From assembly GCF_018350175.1 (NCBI RefSeq), contig NC_058368.1, positions 226,488,001 through 226,552,000 on the forward strand: DNA of 64,000 bases, written 5' to 3'. Of the stretch, positions 12,726 through 24,949 are shown in pieces. The notes below the pieces were generated by a model. The model did not search any database. It worked only from the letters and a program-made list of their open reading frames with translations, and was not told the origin of the DNA. Position 1 is the stretch's first letter. Each line of letters begins with the position of its first letter. Made by a program: the position numbers and the translations under genes. This DNA comes from Felis catus. Lineage: Eukaryota.

Positions 12726-13406
12726 ATATTTATTTAATACCCTATACAAGGGAATACCACAGCTCATCATTTTTCTAGGATATGAATAATCACAGAACAA
12801 TTAGCGTGTGTGCCTTGTAAGTGTGCGTGACTTGGTATAAAACGGTCTAGACAATTCAGGAGAGCAGCTGACGCCTGCCCCTGCAGGAGACTCCAGGTGC
12901 CTCCCGGCTCTGTGTTCGATCCGTTTGTGACTTTCCAGACCTTAGTTTCTTCGTCTTTAAAAAACAAATAATTCAGGCATACAACCTCAAAGGTCCCCTA
13001 TGGCTCTGCAATGATATCGATATATAGCAATCAGTGGCTCATTTATTGATATGAGTTAATAAAATGCCGAGTCTCTCATTTTACTCATTCAATTTTCCAA
13101 GAGAAAGATCAATTCTTCCTTGGGCACAGCATTGCCCCGGTGGATGCCAAGCTCTACCCTTGGCACACTGTGCCTATAATATTCTCTGAGGGAAATGCCT
13201 ACTTTTCCATCCAGGTATCGTGTCTCCCGGGCAGTCTTCACTCAGGTCGGCTTGTCCTTGGTTAGGTTTGGGCTCTCAATGCAATGCTCTGATCATACCC
13301 TGTACAAAGCTGTTGGAGGAGTTACCCCACGGTAGTGAAGTAATTTGTTTCCCATCTTCGTCCTCTCCAGCTGGACTCTGAAATCCTCATGGCCAGACAC
13401 CAGTCG

Positions 13407-13621
13407 TTTTTTAAATTTAAAAAAAAATTAATGTTTATCCATTTACTTTTGAGAGAGAGAGAGCACAAGCAGAGGAGAGACAGGGAGATACAGAATCGGA
13501 AGCAGGCTCCAGGCTCTGAGCCGTCAGCACAGAGCCCAACGTGGGGTTTGAACTCACAAACCATGAGATCATGACCCAAGCCGGAGTCAGACACTTAAGC
13601 GAGTGAGCCACCCAGGTGCCC
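13407..13621 (-). mobile_element. CanSINE
   Basis: Reverse head gagccacccaggtgccc and SINE body. Confidence 0.95.
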
Positions 13622-13644
13622 TGACCAGCCAGGCTTCAACGGGA

Positions 13645-13760
13645 TTTAATCCTCATGAGGGCAGGAATGTTGTCCATTTTGTTCCCTGTCATCTTCCCAG
13701 TGGCCTGGCATGTACTAGTGGCTAAGTAAACATTTTCTGGACAGAAGAATGAATAAATAT
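13645..13760 (+). mobile_element. L2 3' end
   Basis: catgagggcaggaatgttgtcc...cctggcatgtactagtggct...gaatgaataaat. Confidence 0.65.
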
Positions 13761-14774
13761 ATGAATTGACACCTATTGATTTTAGTATCATCAGTACCTC
13801 TCAGAGAAGAGCATATTACAAACATGAAACAAATGATTGGAAGTCACAACAAATACCTTACATTTCTAGAACACACACTAATGAGTCCAGAAAAAAAATC
13901 TATGTTACAAAGTGCAATGTCAAAGCATAATTATTTTGTTAAAAAGTACAAGCAAAAATGATTTCCTGAAATTCAGAAACTTGCCAACATTGTGTACTAA
14001 GTTATTTCAAAGTTTCTCAACGGAAGTTAGAGAAAAATCACCTCGAAGAAAGATGAAGAGTACTTGCATCATCAGTGTCTCCTTTCAAGTCCATGGTTCG
14101 GTTTTAATAAAAAGAAAAGTCAAAGAAGTTATCAAATTATTTCATAGGACTGGAAAATGTGGCCTGCCATCAATAGAATTATACTAACACAGTATCATGC
14201 GAATAGCTTCAGCATTCTGAAACAACCTCCTTCCAATGTCTTAGGTACGAAAATCCTAAGAAAGTAACTAGTAGGATGTAAAGTGTAGCTTCATCTGTGT
14301 AAACACCTCACGAGTCGGTCAACAATTCATGTCTACCTCCAGCTTATGTGTGGCCACAATTATTGTAACACATCCAAGAAATAATAATCGTCTGTTGGCA
14401 AACACACATTAGCATAATTCAAATGTGCATACTGTCTATTCTGAGGACAGACATAGATTTTAAAGATTTAATAAAATGGTAACAGATCCTGGTCATTTGT
14501 TTTCTCAATTACAACTCATGTATGAATCCGTCCTATGGTTTTCTTTCAAAATGTATCAGCATTACTTTTATTAATTTCTCTTAATATAAAAGCAATTCAA
14601 AATAATTAGACTATGAAGATGAATGAAAAGAATACTTACCATCACAACCAACTACAGAGAAACAATCCCTATATATAAATACCTTGCTATGGATACACTT
14701 TATTAAGTCCATGTTTTTAACTGAAAACGAGATCATGCTACTTTGTGACTAGCTTTTTAAAATGTAATATATTA

Positions 14775-14950
14775 GGGGAGCAGCCCACTCTTGATTTTGG
14801 CTCAGGTCATGATCCCGGGGTCGTGGGATCGAGCCCCGTGTTGGGCTCCACACTGACCATGGAGCCTGCTTCAGAGTCTCTCTCTCTCCCTCTGCCCCTC
14901 TCCCCCGTTTGTGCTCCCTCTCTCTAATATAAATAAACAAACAAACAAAC
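14775..14950 (+). mobile_element. CanSINE with deleted A-box region
   Basis: gggg joined directly to agcagcccactcttgattttggctcagg; the usual cgcctgggtggctcagtcgg segment is absent. Confidence 0.9.
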
Positions 14951-15103
14951 TGCAATATGTTGTGATAGATTTCTGTATCATTTGATATATTTTGGTAACA
15001 CTTTAATTGTTGCCAACTAGGTCATTATATAGAAGCTCCACAATGTATTTACCTAGCCATTTATTTGGGGCTATTTAGCACTTAAGGAAACATTCACGTA
15101 TAC

Positions 15104-15322
15104 CAGGGGTTTTTAACTGCAATCCTATTACCACTTTGGGCTGAATGGTTCTTCGTTTTGCGGGTCTGTCCTGTGAACTGTAGGACGTTGGGCAGCACGG
15201 CTGTCCCCTCTCTACTGCGTGAAGCAGCATTCCCCTCCCTCAAGCTGTGACAACTAAACTTTCTCCAGACATTGCCAAATACTCCCTGGCGGACACAATG
15301 GCCCTCAGACGGGAACCACTCC
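15104..15322 (+). mobile_element. MER20 (hAT-Charlie MITE)
   Basis: tgtcctgtgaactgtaggacgttgggcagca...tgtgacaactaaactttctccagacattgccaaat. Confidence 0.8.
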
Positions 15323-15968
15323 CGTAGACAAATAATTGCATAAACCGTGGATTATTTCCATTGAATATTTTCCCTGAGGCGGAACTCCTGAAGCAAAGGA
15401 CATGCCTGGTAGAGGGTTTGATGACGTGTGGCCAAATGGTTTCTCTTGAAGACAGATCACGTCAACTCCCCAAGCCAACAGCACACAGTGAGATGTTCTG
15501 TGTCTTTTTCTGACCAGCACTGAATGGTTTCCTTTTTAAAAAATCTATACCAACTCGAGAGTATCTTGTTGCTGCTTAAAATTCACGTTTTAAAACTACT
15601 GGGAAGGTAAAACACTTGAAAGTATGTTTCGCATCATCTTTGCTCTTTGGTGAACTTTTTTTTTTTTTTTGTCTTTTCCTGATAAAGGATTTTCCGTCTT
15701 TCATTTTCTAAGAGTTCTTTACATATTAAGAAACTGCCACTGACTCTGCTACGTTGCAAATACCGTTTTCTCCATTTCTTTCTCTACCTTTATTTTTCAC
15801 TTAATAATTGCTTTTATACAAAAGCTTCATAATATTGTTTCTCTTCACAGTTGCTTTTATAAATTCTGATCTTGGCATCATGTTACAAGCTACTTTCCCT
15901 CCTCAAAATTACGTAAATAATGAATTATATTTCCTTATAGTACTTTTGTTCTTTTTTCCCCGATTCCT

Positions 15969-16457
15969 TTTTGTTTTCAATTTAAATTTTAGTTAACATA
16001 CGCTGCAATACCGGTTTTAGGAGTAGAATCCGGTGACTCATCACTTACATACCCCACCCGGCACTCATCCCAACAAGTGCCCTCCTTAGTACCCATCACC
16101 ATCTAGCCCATCCCCCGCCCACCTCCCTCTATGAACCCATATTCTTCTCGATCTGTAAGAGTGTCTTGTGGTTTGTTTCCCTCTCTTCTCTTTCCCCCCT
16201 TTCCCATACGTTCATCTGTCTTGTTTCTTAAATTCCACATGTGAATGAAGTCATACGGTATTCGTCTTTCTCTGACTGACTTATTTTGCTCACCATAATA
16301 CTGTCTAGCTCCAACCACATAGTTACAAATGGTAAGATTCCATTCTTTTTTATGGGAGACTACTCTCATATATATATATATAACACGTCTTCTTTATCCA
16401 TTCATCAGTTGATGGGCATTTGGGCTCTCTCCACAGTTTGGCTGCTGTTGACAATGC
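15969..16457 (-). mobile_element. 5'-truncated carnivore L1, 3' end
   Basis: Reverse ORF2 C-terminus and 3'UTR; TSD-like ttcccgattcctt / ttcctgatttctt. Confidence 0.9.
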
Positions 16458-16879
16458 TTTCCTGATTTCTTCTCTGTACATATTTTAAGCAGAGACTCTT
16501 TGGGGAAAGTAACGTGTGAGGTGATTTTCAAAATATTTTGATGTTAAAGAGAAGGGGCCCTGATACATGGGTGAGTAGGACCCCCAGACCAGCTCACCAT
16601 TATGTTTTACTCTGTTAGCCTCACTTGGCAACATGTTGGGTTCCTTCATTCTTTCTTGCTATTTCTCCTATTATGATCACAATTGGATCATGAGATAGGT
16701 ACCAAGAGAGCCAAACAGAAGAAAAAAGGAAGAAAGAGAAACCAAACTTATCTGTGAACGTGAAAACCAGTTGTGGGTAGAAAGTGAATATAGAATATAA
16801 TGGGGTTGATGGAGATAGCTTTCTGTTGGCTGAATCAAGCCTTATTCCCAATAGCCCCATCCTTCAGCCCTTTGAGATT

Positions 16880-17080
16880 TGTGGAGGGCCTTAAGTACAC
16901 AACATGTTTCCACATATGCAACCTACTTACATCCTCACAAGAATCCTACTCGAAATTTTAGTCATTCTCAGATCACTAATGAGACAACAACAGTTCAGTG
17001 CCTCACAGCCATCATGCGGCTGCTGGGTGACGAAACTGGGGTGCTGAGAAAATCCTGGATTCTTTGTATATCACCACTAT
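16880..17080 (-). mobile_element. MIR relic
   Basis: atcctcacaagaatcctac...cattctcagatcactaatgagacaac resembles reverse MIR. Confidence 0.5.
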
Positions 17081-17470
17081 CTCGGTTACAGCAGCGTAAG
17101 ACATCTGGTCACAAAAGGCTTTGTTGTTGTTTTTGAGAACAGAAATCCGTATCGGGCTTTGGCAGGAACATAATTCAGCTTTCTGTTTGTCACAGTGAAT
17201 GGACGTCTTCTGGACTCTGTGACTCTACCTGGGATTAGTGTCTGAAGTCTGACAGCCCCCTAGGAGTACAGCAAGAATTTGAAGCATTCTTCAAAAAACC
17301 GTAAAGGCATGTGAGTGCCCAGGTCTCAGAGCTGTACTACTTGAGTCAATTTACTGCCGGTGGCCTCCCTGAACTGAGGCAAGGCTCCTTGGGTTTTCAG
17401 TTAGTTCCTCATCCTTCGATAGCTTTTCTTAACCACAAAACTTACCTTTAAAGAAAAAGAACACAATCTC

Positions 17471-17671
17471 AGGGTGCCTGGGTGGCTCAGTCCGTTAGGC
17501 ATCCTACTTCAGCTCAGGTCATGATCTCATGGTTCTGAGTTCAAGCCCCATGTCGGGCTCCATGCTGACAGCTCAGAGCCTGGACCCTGCTTCGGATTCT
17601 GTGTCTCCCTCTCTGTCTGCTCTCTCCCCCCCACCCCCCCCCTCTCTCTCTTTCAAAAATAAATAAACTTT
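17471..17671 (+). mobile_element. CanSINE (first of tandem pair)
   Basis: Full body; outer TSD-like aagaacacaatctc / aagaatgcactctc flanks the whole pair. Confidence 0.95.
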
Positions 17672-17890
17672 GGGGCACCTGGGTGGCTCAGACCGTTAAG
17701 CATCTGACTTTGGCTCAGGTCATGATCTCACAGCGTGTGAGTTCGAGCCCCGCATCAGGCTCTGCGCTGACAGCTCAGAGCCTGGACCCTGCTTCGGATT
17801 CTGTGTCTCCCTCTCTCTCTGCTCCTCCCCTGCTCATCCTCTCTCTCTCTCTCTCAAAAATAAATAAACATTTAAAAACAATAAAAATAA
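17672..17890 (+). mobile_element. CanSINE (second of pair, in the A tail of the first)
   Basis: Full body; inner TSD-like aaataaacttt / aaataagcttt. Confidence 0.95.
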
Positions 17891-18447
17891 AAAATAAGCT
17901 TTAAAAAAAATTAAAAAAACAAACAAAAAACAAACAAGAATGCACTCTCTAGAAAAGGATCCTGACACAGGAGCAAGATACAGAATTTGGACAAGGCAGT
18001 TTTATTGATGTGTCTGTGATTCCTAAATCCAACACACCCAGTTACTTTCTGAGCTTCCCAGAAATACCATTTAATCTACTCTCTGTAGGCACTACTGCTG
18101 AATAAAGAGCACCCCACCCCCCAGCCCTCTCTCTCCCCTCCCAGCAAAAAATACTTAGAAACCCTCATATTTACTCCTCTGCTCAAACTACTGACCCTAA
18201 TTTTTTCCAGGCAATAAAAAATTAGGCTTTTTTTTTCTTTAAGTTTGGTAATTTTTTTTTAATTTTTTCACTTTTATTTCTTATTATTTGTCCATCGAGG
18301 TTATTTCTAATATTGGATAATGCTGAAGAATATACTGAGTTCATTAAAACATTTCAGACTGAGGCAAGAACAGACTGGAAAGTAATCTCTTAATGACTTC
18401 AATTATATGTTTTACAAGGGGTACTTGGCATCATTAAAAATGACCCA

Positions 18448-18668
18448 GGGGCGCCTGGGTGGCTCAGTCGGTGGAGCGGCCGACTTCCACTCAGGTCGTG
18501 ATCTCATGGTCTGTGAGTTCGAGCCCCGCATCGGGCTCTGTGCTGACAGCTCAGAGCCTGGAGCCTGTTCAGATTCTGTGTCTCCCTCTCTCTGACCCTC
18601 CCCTGTTCATGCTCTGTCTCTCCCTGTCTCAAAAATAAATAAAAAAAATGTTAAAAACAATAAAAAAA
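18448..18668 (+). mobile_element. CanSINE
   Basis: Full body; TSD aaaaatga(c/t)cca. Confidence 0.97.
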
Positions 18669-20907
18669 ATGATCCACTTCAAACCTCCAGGCACCCTTGT
18701 GTTGTGGGGACTTGACCTTTGAAATCTTTTCGCTGGTTAAGAACAGCACAGCGAGTAAAACTTGAGTCATGCAGCTTTAAACTATCTGCATCCAATGTTG
18801 ATATCCTAAAAAATGGTCCATATCTCGCGGCGCTTAGTGACTTGAAGGCTTTTCTTATGATTTGCCCTGTACGTTCCTGGCAGAAGCCACAGCAAGACAA
18901 AGCTATCAGAAATGAACCTGCAACTCAGATCCGTCTTTTTTTCCTTGCAGAAACGGTTGACTTTCTGGAGAGTAATTTGGTTCCATGGGTGTGAGAAATG
19001 ACTATCAGGATGCCCTGTTCATTCTTTTGGACCCTCTGCTGTTGGTATTTTTTGCCATCTGGTTAGAGCAAATGGGTAACCACGGATTATGGAAACGAAG
19101 AAAAGAGAGAGCAATTTGCTTGCAATTAACGCTGAAATGCATACAAGGAGGGGTGGGGGGGAGATTGAAATTGTATAGTTGTGCTATCACAAAACTAAAT
19201 AAAATATTTCCATTTTATATGAGGGCACAAAGAAATATGAAAAAAATCATAGGTTTTTTTTGGATAAGATTGTTCTTTTTTTGCTTCCTCTTGACGTAAA
19301 GAATTGGTAAATACTATGTGTAAAGCTTACATTTTTAGAGTGAAATATATTTGAAGTGAAATATTTAAACACACCATGTAGACTCAGTGAAGAAAAAAAA
19401 AGAATCTCAGCCAGGTCTTGGGAAAAATCCTTTAAGATTTCAGAAACATGCAAATCAGTAACTAGATCGGACAGCTTCAGGGCTAATCCTATAACTATGA
19501 AAATTCTCATTATACCTGGAAATGCCAATTTACTTCTAAGCCAATTTCTCGTGAACTAGGGTTTTGTTGTTGTTGTTAACTGAAGTATCGTTGACACATG
19601 AACTAGGTATTTTTACTGTAGCCAGCTACTAGGGGAGTCTGGAAGCTGACTATTGTCTCTCTGTGTGTGTCTGTGTCCCTCCCTCTCTCACCTTCTCCCC
19701 CACTACTCTGAAAAAACAGAATGCAGTTGATTCAACAGATACAACAGGTTTTTCCTCCTGCCAAGGCACTGGAACGCACCAGATTCCTTCAGGGCTAGGC
19801 TTTCTCAGTTTATTTCAGCGGTGAACCTCACAACAACCTCTAAACACCTCGTCACATTTTATAACATTCTGAGTGGCTGATAACATACGTCTGGTTAGTT
19901 CTTCTTGGCCAAGATTGTGTATTAGTCAGTGATTCTTCCTGGCCATTTCCAGATGTAATGGAAAGTGTTCACCCTGGCGGAGAAAGGAGGTAAAGGGCCA
20001 GGGATATTTCTCCTGGATGCACCTTCTGAAAATTGTCTTTGGGTAAATTATAAAGTATTTGGCGAGGCAAAGTGCAGCTATTTTGCTGAGAGTTTAATGC
20101 TTGCTGTGTGCAGACACTGCATTTGGTGGGACAGGGTGATTTGAATTTGTAGATCAGAGAGACACCCCCCCACACACACACACACACACATCCACACCCA
20201 CACACACCCGGAAGAGCTAGCCAGCACTCGGAAATCTGTCTTTTATACCTGCTCATTCATGCCTTCAATGCCTGCATCCTCATTTTCAATTAGAGATATT
20301 CTTGGATGGGATCTATTGATATACCTCAATCACATCTTTCTATAACATTTTTACAATTTTTATAACGATATAATAACGCTTTTATAATATTGTGGGAAAG
20401 GTTTGGAAAAACCAAAGATTTAATGTTTTCCAGAATCGCTAATAGAATCTAAGAGCCTAGACAACAAAAAAGCCAGCACGATTCTTAGGTGGTATTCTGG
20501 GCTTCTGCACGTTATTTATTTTGCAGTTGCTGAAGGATAATGGTGATACAGAAATAACCAGAGCTTTTAAAATTTAACTTTATTTTTAGAATAGTACAAT
20601 TTTCTCACTGATACTAAAAGTTACATTAATTATAGAAATACAAAGGGTATTGGTTGCCCCGTGACTGGCTTATAAAATCAAATTACTTTTTTTTCCGTAC
20701 CCAGTATATATCCATAAACTTGTTCAAATTTGTCACATCGCTTATACTGAACACACTAGCCTAGCCCAACCGAATGCCAAGCTCCCTCTAGCCGTGACCA
20801 CTATGGTCCCCCTGTGTTCAAATTCCAACATGTCAACTTTGGATGCCAGCACATCCCTAACCGTATCGGCCACAGACAATGCATTCAGAAGGTCCAACTA
20901 GGCTACC

Positions 20908-20953
20908 ACAGCCACTAACAGCATGACCCGACAGCCACTAAGAGCATGACCCG
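20908..20953. repeat. 23-bp tandem duplication
   Basis: acagccactaa(c/g)agcatgacccg twice, with one mismatch. Confidence 0.95.
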
Positions 20954-20998
20954 GTCTCCCAGAATTAACGCTGGAAGAGGTCAGGTAAATCACGAATC

Positions 20999-21182
20999 CA
21001 CTGATTCTCAAAGTGTGGCCTTGGACCAGTAGCATCAGCATCACCCGGTTAGAAAGGCAACTTATCAGACCCCCAGCCCAGGCCCTGCCAAATCTGGGGG
21101 GGGGGGGGTTGAGACCCTGTGATTTGCATTTTAACTAGCCCTCCAGTTGATTCTGGTACGCGCTCAAGTTTGAGAACCACTG
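20999..21182 (+). mobile_element. MER5A (hAT-Charlie MITE) inserted in a MIR relic
   Basis: Terminal inverted repeats cactgattctcaaa / tttgagaaccactg; internal accagtagcatcagcatcacc; reverse MIR-like sequence continues to about 21310. Confidence 0.88.
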
Positions 21183-24100
21183 ATGTAATCCAACTACCCA
21201 TTTTACACATGAGCATGAGTCTCATGAAAATTTAATGAGTTATCCATGACCTCATTGCTGGTTGGTGCTGAAGTCAAGGCTAGAACCCACATCTGATGTG
21301 CAGTCCAGGGCCTTCTATGTTCCATAACAGCATTATTATTCATCATGCTGACCTGTCCTAAACATTGGCTGACCCTGTCCTAAACTAATAAGTCCATGTT
21401 AGTAAATACAAAACTGTGAAAGGGGGCTGGAAGTAGTGAGAATTGAGGCTCTAAAGGCATGTGCCATTTCTTTATCCCACTATTTTTACTCTCCCTGCAG
21501 ATAGCTAAGTCTAGGAAACAATGGATATATCCACTAGGAGAACCAGATCAAAGCACTTACCTACGTCTGACTAATGGTACTCAATAAGGCAAGTAATGAA
21601 TTTGTACTAATTAAAGTTCTGAAGGGGGAAAAGCAACAAAATGTAGACATGGGAATTTGATCATTAGAACAAAGGGCCATGAGCATTTCTTGTCCACACC
21701 TCCTGATCTGCAAATTTAAAAAGCACATAGCATTTTAACAATAATGAGGGCTTTTAAGACTTGCTTTATGCGTGCACATTAGAGCTTCTGATGTATGCTC
21801 ATAGGCTGGGAGGAAAGAAAGCCCGTTGTGCTTATGGCTCTGCTAAGTCACAAATACTGACATTAAAAATGTGGATCATCTCAAGTTGAGGTCAAATATT
21901 CCCCTTGATCGTCCTTGAGCTTGCTCAGCTAGCTGATTATTCACTTGCCAAGATGGGCTCTCAAATAAACAAATGGTCTGCTGAAGGAACAAAGTAGGAG
22001 ATATTCAAGTGCTGAGTGAATTCATCAGTGACAAACACGAGGAGGGAAATAAAAGAAAAAGTGTGTCCTAGAGAGAGCGTGTCTAGCCTGCTCCCTAGAC
22101 TCCACATCTATGCGGGCAGAACTGTAGCCCTCCAATCTCACTGCTGCTGAATAGCCAAGTACTACTTGAATTGCAGTGACAGAAATGTTCAAAGTCTTAT
22201 CGCAACAGAAACAACTTTGCCCTAAAGTCAACATTTTGCTGAAGAAAAAAGATTGATTAAACCCAGGACAATTCCCTAGACGCATCACTCTGAACCAAGA
22301 ATGAATGATGGTAGTGAAAGCACAGTCATCCCTGGAGTCGTTTACAGTTCCCTAAGAACCTTCTAGAAGGATCATTTATAGTTGATGAATTTAAAACATA
22401 ACTGTAAAAGAAAGATTAGGGGACTGAGGTTGGGGCTGAATTTATATGAGTCTCTATAAATATACGTACGTTTACTAAAACGAAGTAATAAAAAATATAG
22501 TAAATAATGCACTGTGAATTTCGATACATAATAAGTTAGCAGTCCTAACACAATACCGTTGAATTCCATTTCTCTTTCCTTGATGACACATATTCTTTAA
22601 GATCTTCCCCTGCAGATTCAAAGAAATGTCTGCAAATTCTTCTGTTGCATATTAAGATGCATATTTTTCCAGGCTTTTTAAAAAATCCTGAACTCTTAAT
22701 GCCTTTGAAATTCTAAACTCTCACCTCCTATTACTTGCCTTACCATTGGAGTAATCCAATGGTATGGGATTTAAATAAAATACAAAACTGCTTTGGGAAA
22801 TTTAGCTCTGTTGACTATTTCTAAAGCTACATTTCTTTTACCTGACATTTTCTTCCGGCAAAAACTTCATGACAAAGCACTAGGCCAACAACCCTCTCGA
22901 TTCACCTCAACTTCCTCTGTTGCGATGCTTGTCGCCGGAGAACACAACTGAGGCACAAGTCTCCTTTCATTTTTTTCCCCTAAGATTTTTTTTTTAAAAA
23001 CCTCTAGCCCTTTCCCTGTGGTTTGTTTGCTTTTATATTCCATTTTCTACTCTTTGCCCCTAGGTACAGTCTCCATGTGGGGTGATGTGCATACTGTGTG
23101 CACTAGAAATACAATTCTGAAGATGGATGAGAAACAAACAAGGCATTAAAATTTTTGCAAGAGGAACTTACGCTTTGACCACAAACCTTACACTTACTTA
23201 GTGAGGTGAAATGATTTATCTATTTCTCCATTCTGTGATATTCCCGGAATGACACTGGGGATCTGCAGTTATGCCTGGTGTTTACTCACTTTGTGGATTA
23301 TCCATTTTTAATCCAGTACCCGTTTCCCAACTGCTGTCCTAACCTAATAATCCAGCATACTCCAGGACTGCTCTCCTGCTGATGAGTAATCATTATGGAT
23401 CCAGGGAACACATTCTTAAATATTAATCTGACCCCAAAAATATCACTTCGTATGTAAACCCACTTTAAAAGTAATGGGCGCAAATACTCTAAACACTGAA
23501 CACAAATGCATTTTTAAGATAAGCCATTGTTGCAGACCATGCCCATTGCATTCCACTCTTTAATACATGACACAGAACCCCGAGGCTCACCTACTTCTAC
23601 TTATTGTAATATTCAGTCTTCAACATGGTGGGAAGAGAATGTGATTCCATTCAACTTATGTATGAATCCTATGGTCTCTAGTATTTTTAAGCTTTATAGA
23701 TAAGTCAAACTCACCTAGAAGATATTTAAAAATATCCTAAGTGGACTCTAAAACAAATAGAGTGAAAAGATTTCTGAATCATCCATACTTAGAGATGACT
23801 CGGTCGCACACCATGAAGTCTGGCCTGGATTGCCTTCCAGTCAACTGAGTTCTAACTGGAACCTCACACAGGAACATTTCCTTCAAACTCTATCACATTT
23901 TGTGCATCTTTCAGCCTCCTAATGGTCCCCTTTTCACACCCCCAAATTGTAGTTACCATCTGGCAAATGATCAAGAAAAGGTAAGAAAAAAAGTTTTATT
24001 ATTGGGCAAGAGGCTTATGGGAAAAAAAGGCGACCTTTCAATAACAGTTATGATGGCATTGGTTTTGGGTAGGAGTCTACTTTTACTGAGTATCACGCAC

Positions 24101-24949
24101 ATATTTTGCTGAAAGCACATAACCCTCAGAAATTACAGTACCCTGGTAACAAAATACACAAAGAGAAATTTGTTTGAAGATGGTGTACGAATTATGTCTT
24201 TTTGAAAAAGATTATCTTCCATCTTTCTCTTTCAATGAAATAGGTATACGTTGACAAATTTTGGAACGGGAATGATTGTGCCTAATAGTCTATATCCTGC
24301 AGACTTGGGCACTGTCTTCTCCCAGGAACACTCAGGGTAGTTCACACTTGGGCCAATGCTATTCAACACCACATTCCACATGAGCCACTCGCTGCTGCTG
24401 CTTTATCAGCTTTATCTTTGGTTTTATGTGCCCTTACATGCTTCACTCCAGGATTGTGGTTATGGAGATGGCGGTATATAGACATTGGAGTAAGGCAGCC
24501 GCTTATGACATTCGGCCAAAAGCAACCCAAAACCCCCCAAACAGAAACGTTTCCACTGATAGGGCCCAAGATGTGGGTTTTGGGTACCTGAAGGCAAAAA
24601 AGCAAAACTACACAGCAAAAGCAAGAAACGTCTCATAAATTCAGAATGGGGCCTGTGAGCAAATGTTCCATCAGGTACTTGCCAGGAATGGCAGGTGAGG
24701 CTGCTGGAAATATTCAGAGTCGTGCAGCAGCGACCAAGCATACCCCTCCACTGTCTCCCCTGACCCGCCAGGGTCAGGTGGTTGAGCGCTGTCCTGTGCT
24801 GTCCCAGGGGCCCTACCTAAGCCCACGGATGTGCACAGCACACACAGGAGATGCCCCCCGATTAACAGACGCTGGTGGTCAGGAAGGATTGTGTTTCTGG
24901 GCCCCACAGGTCTGAGACCACTGGAGACAGTTTCTGGAAGGCTGTCAAC

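Noticed and set aside
24452..24481. cag|GAT TGT GGT TAT GGA GAT GGC GGT (DCGYGDGG), reminiscent of an EDA2R cysteine-rich domain exon start
   Set aside because: The similarity ends after eight codons with an in-frame TAG, and no other matching exon is visible. Treated as coincidence.
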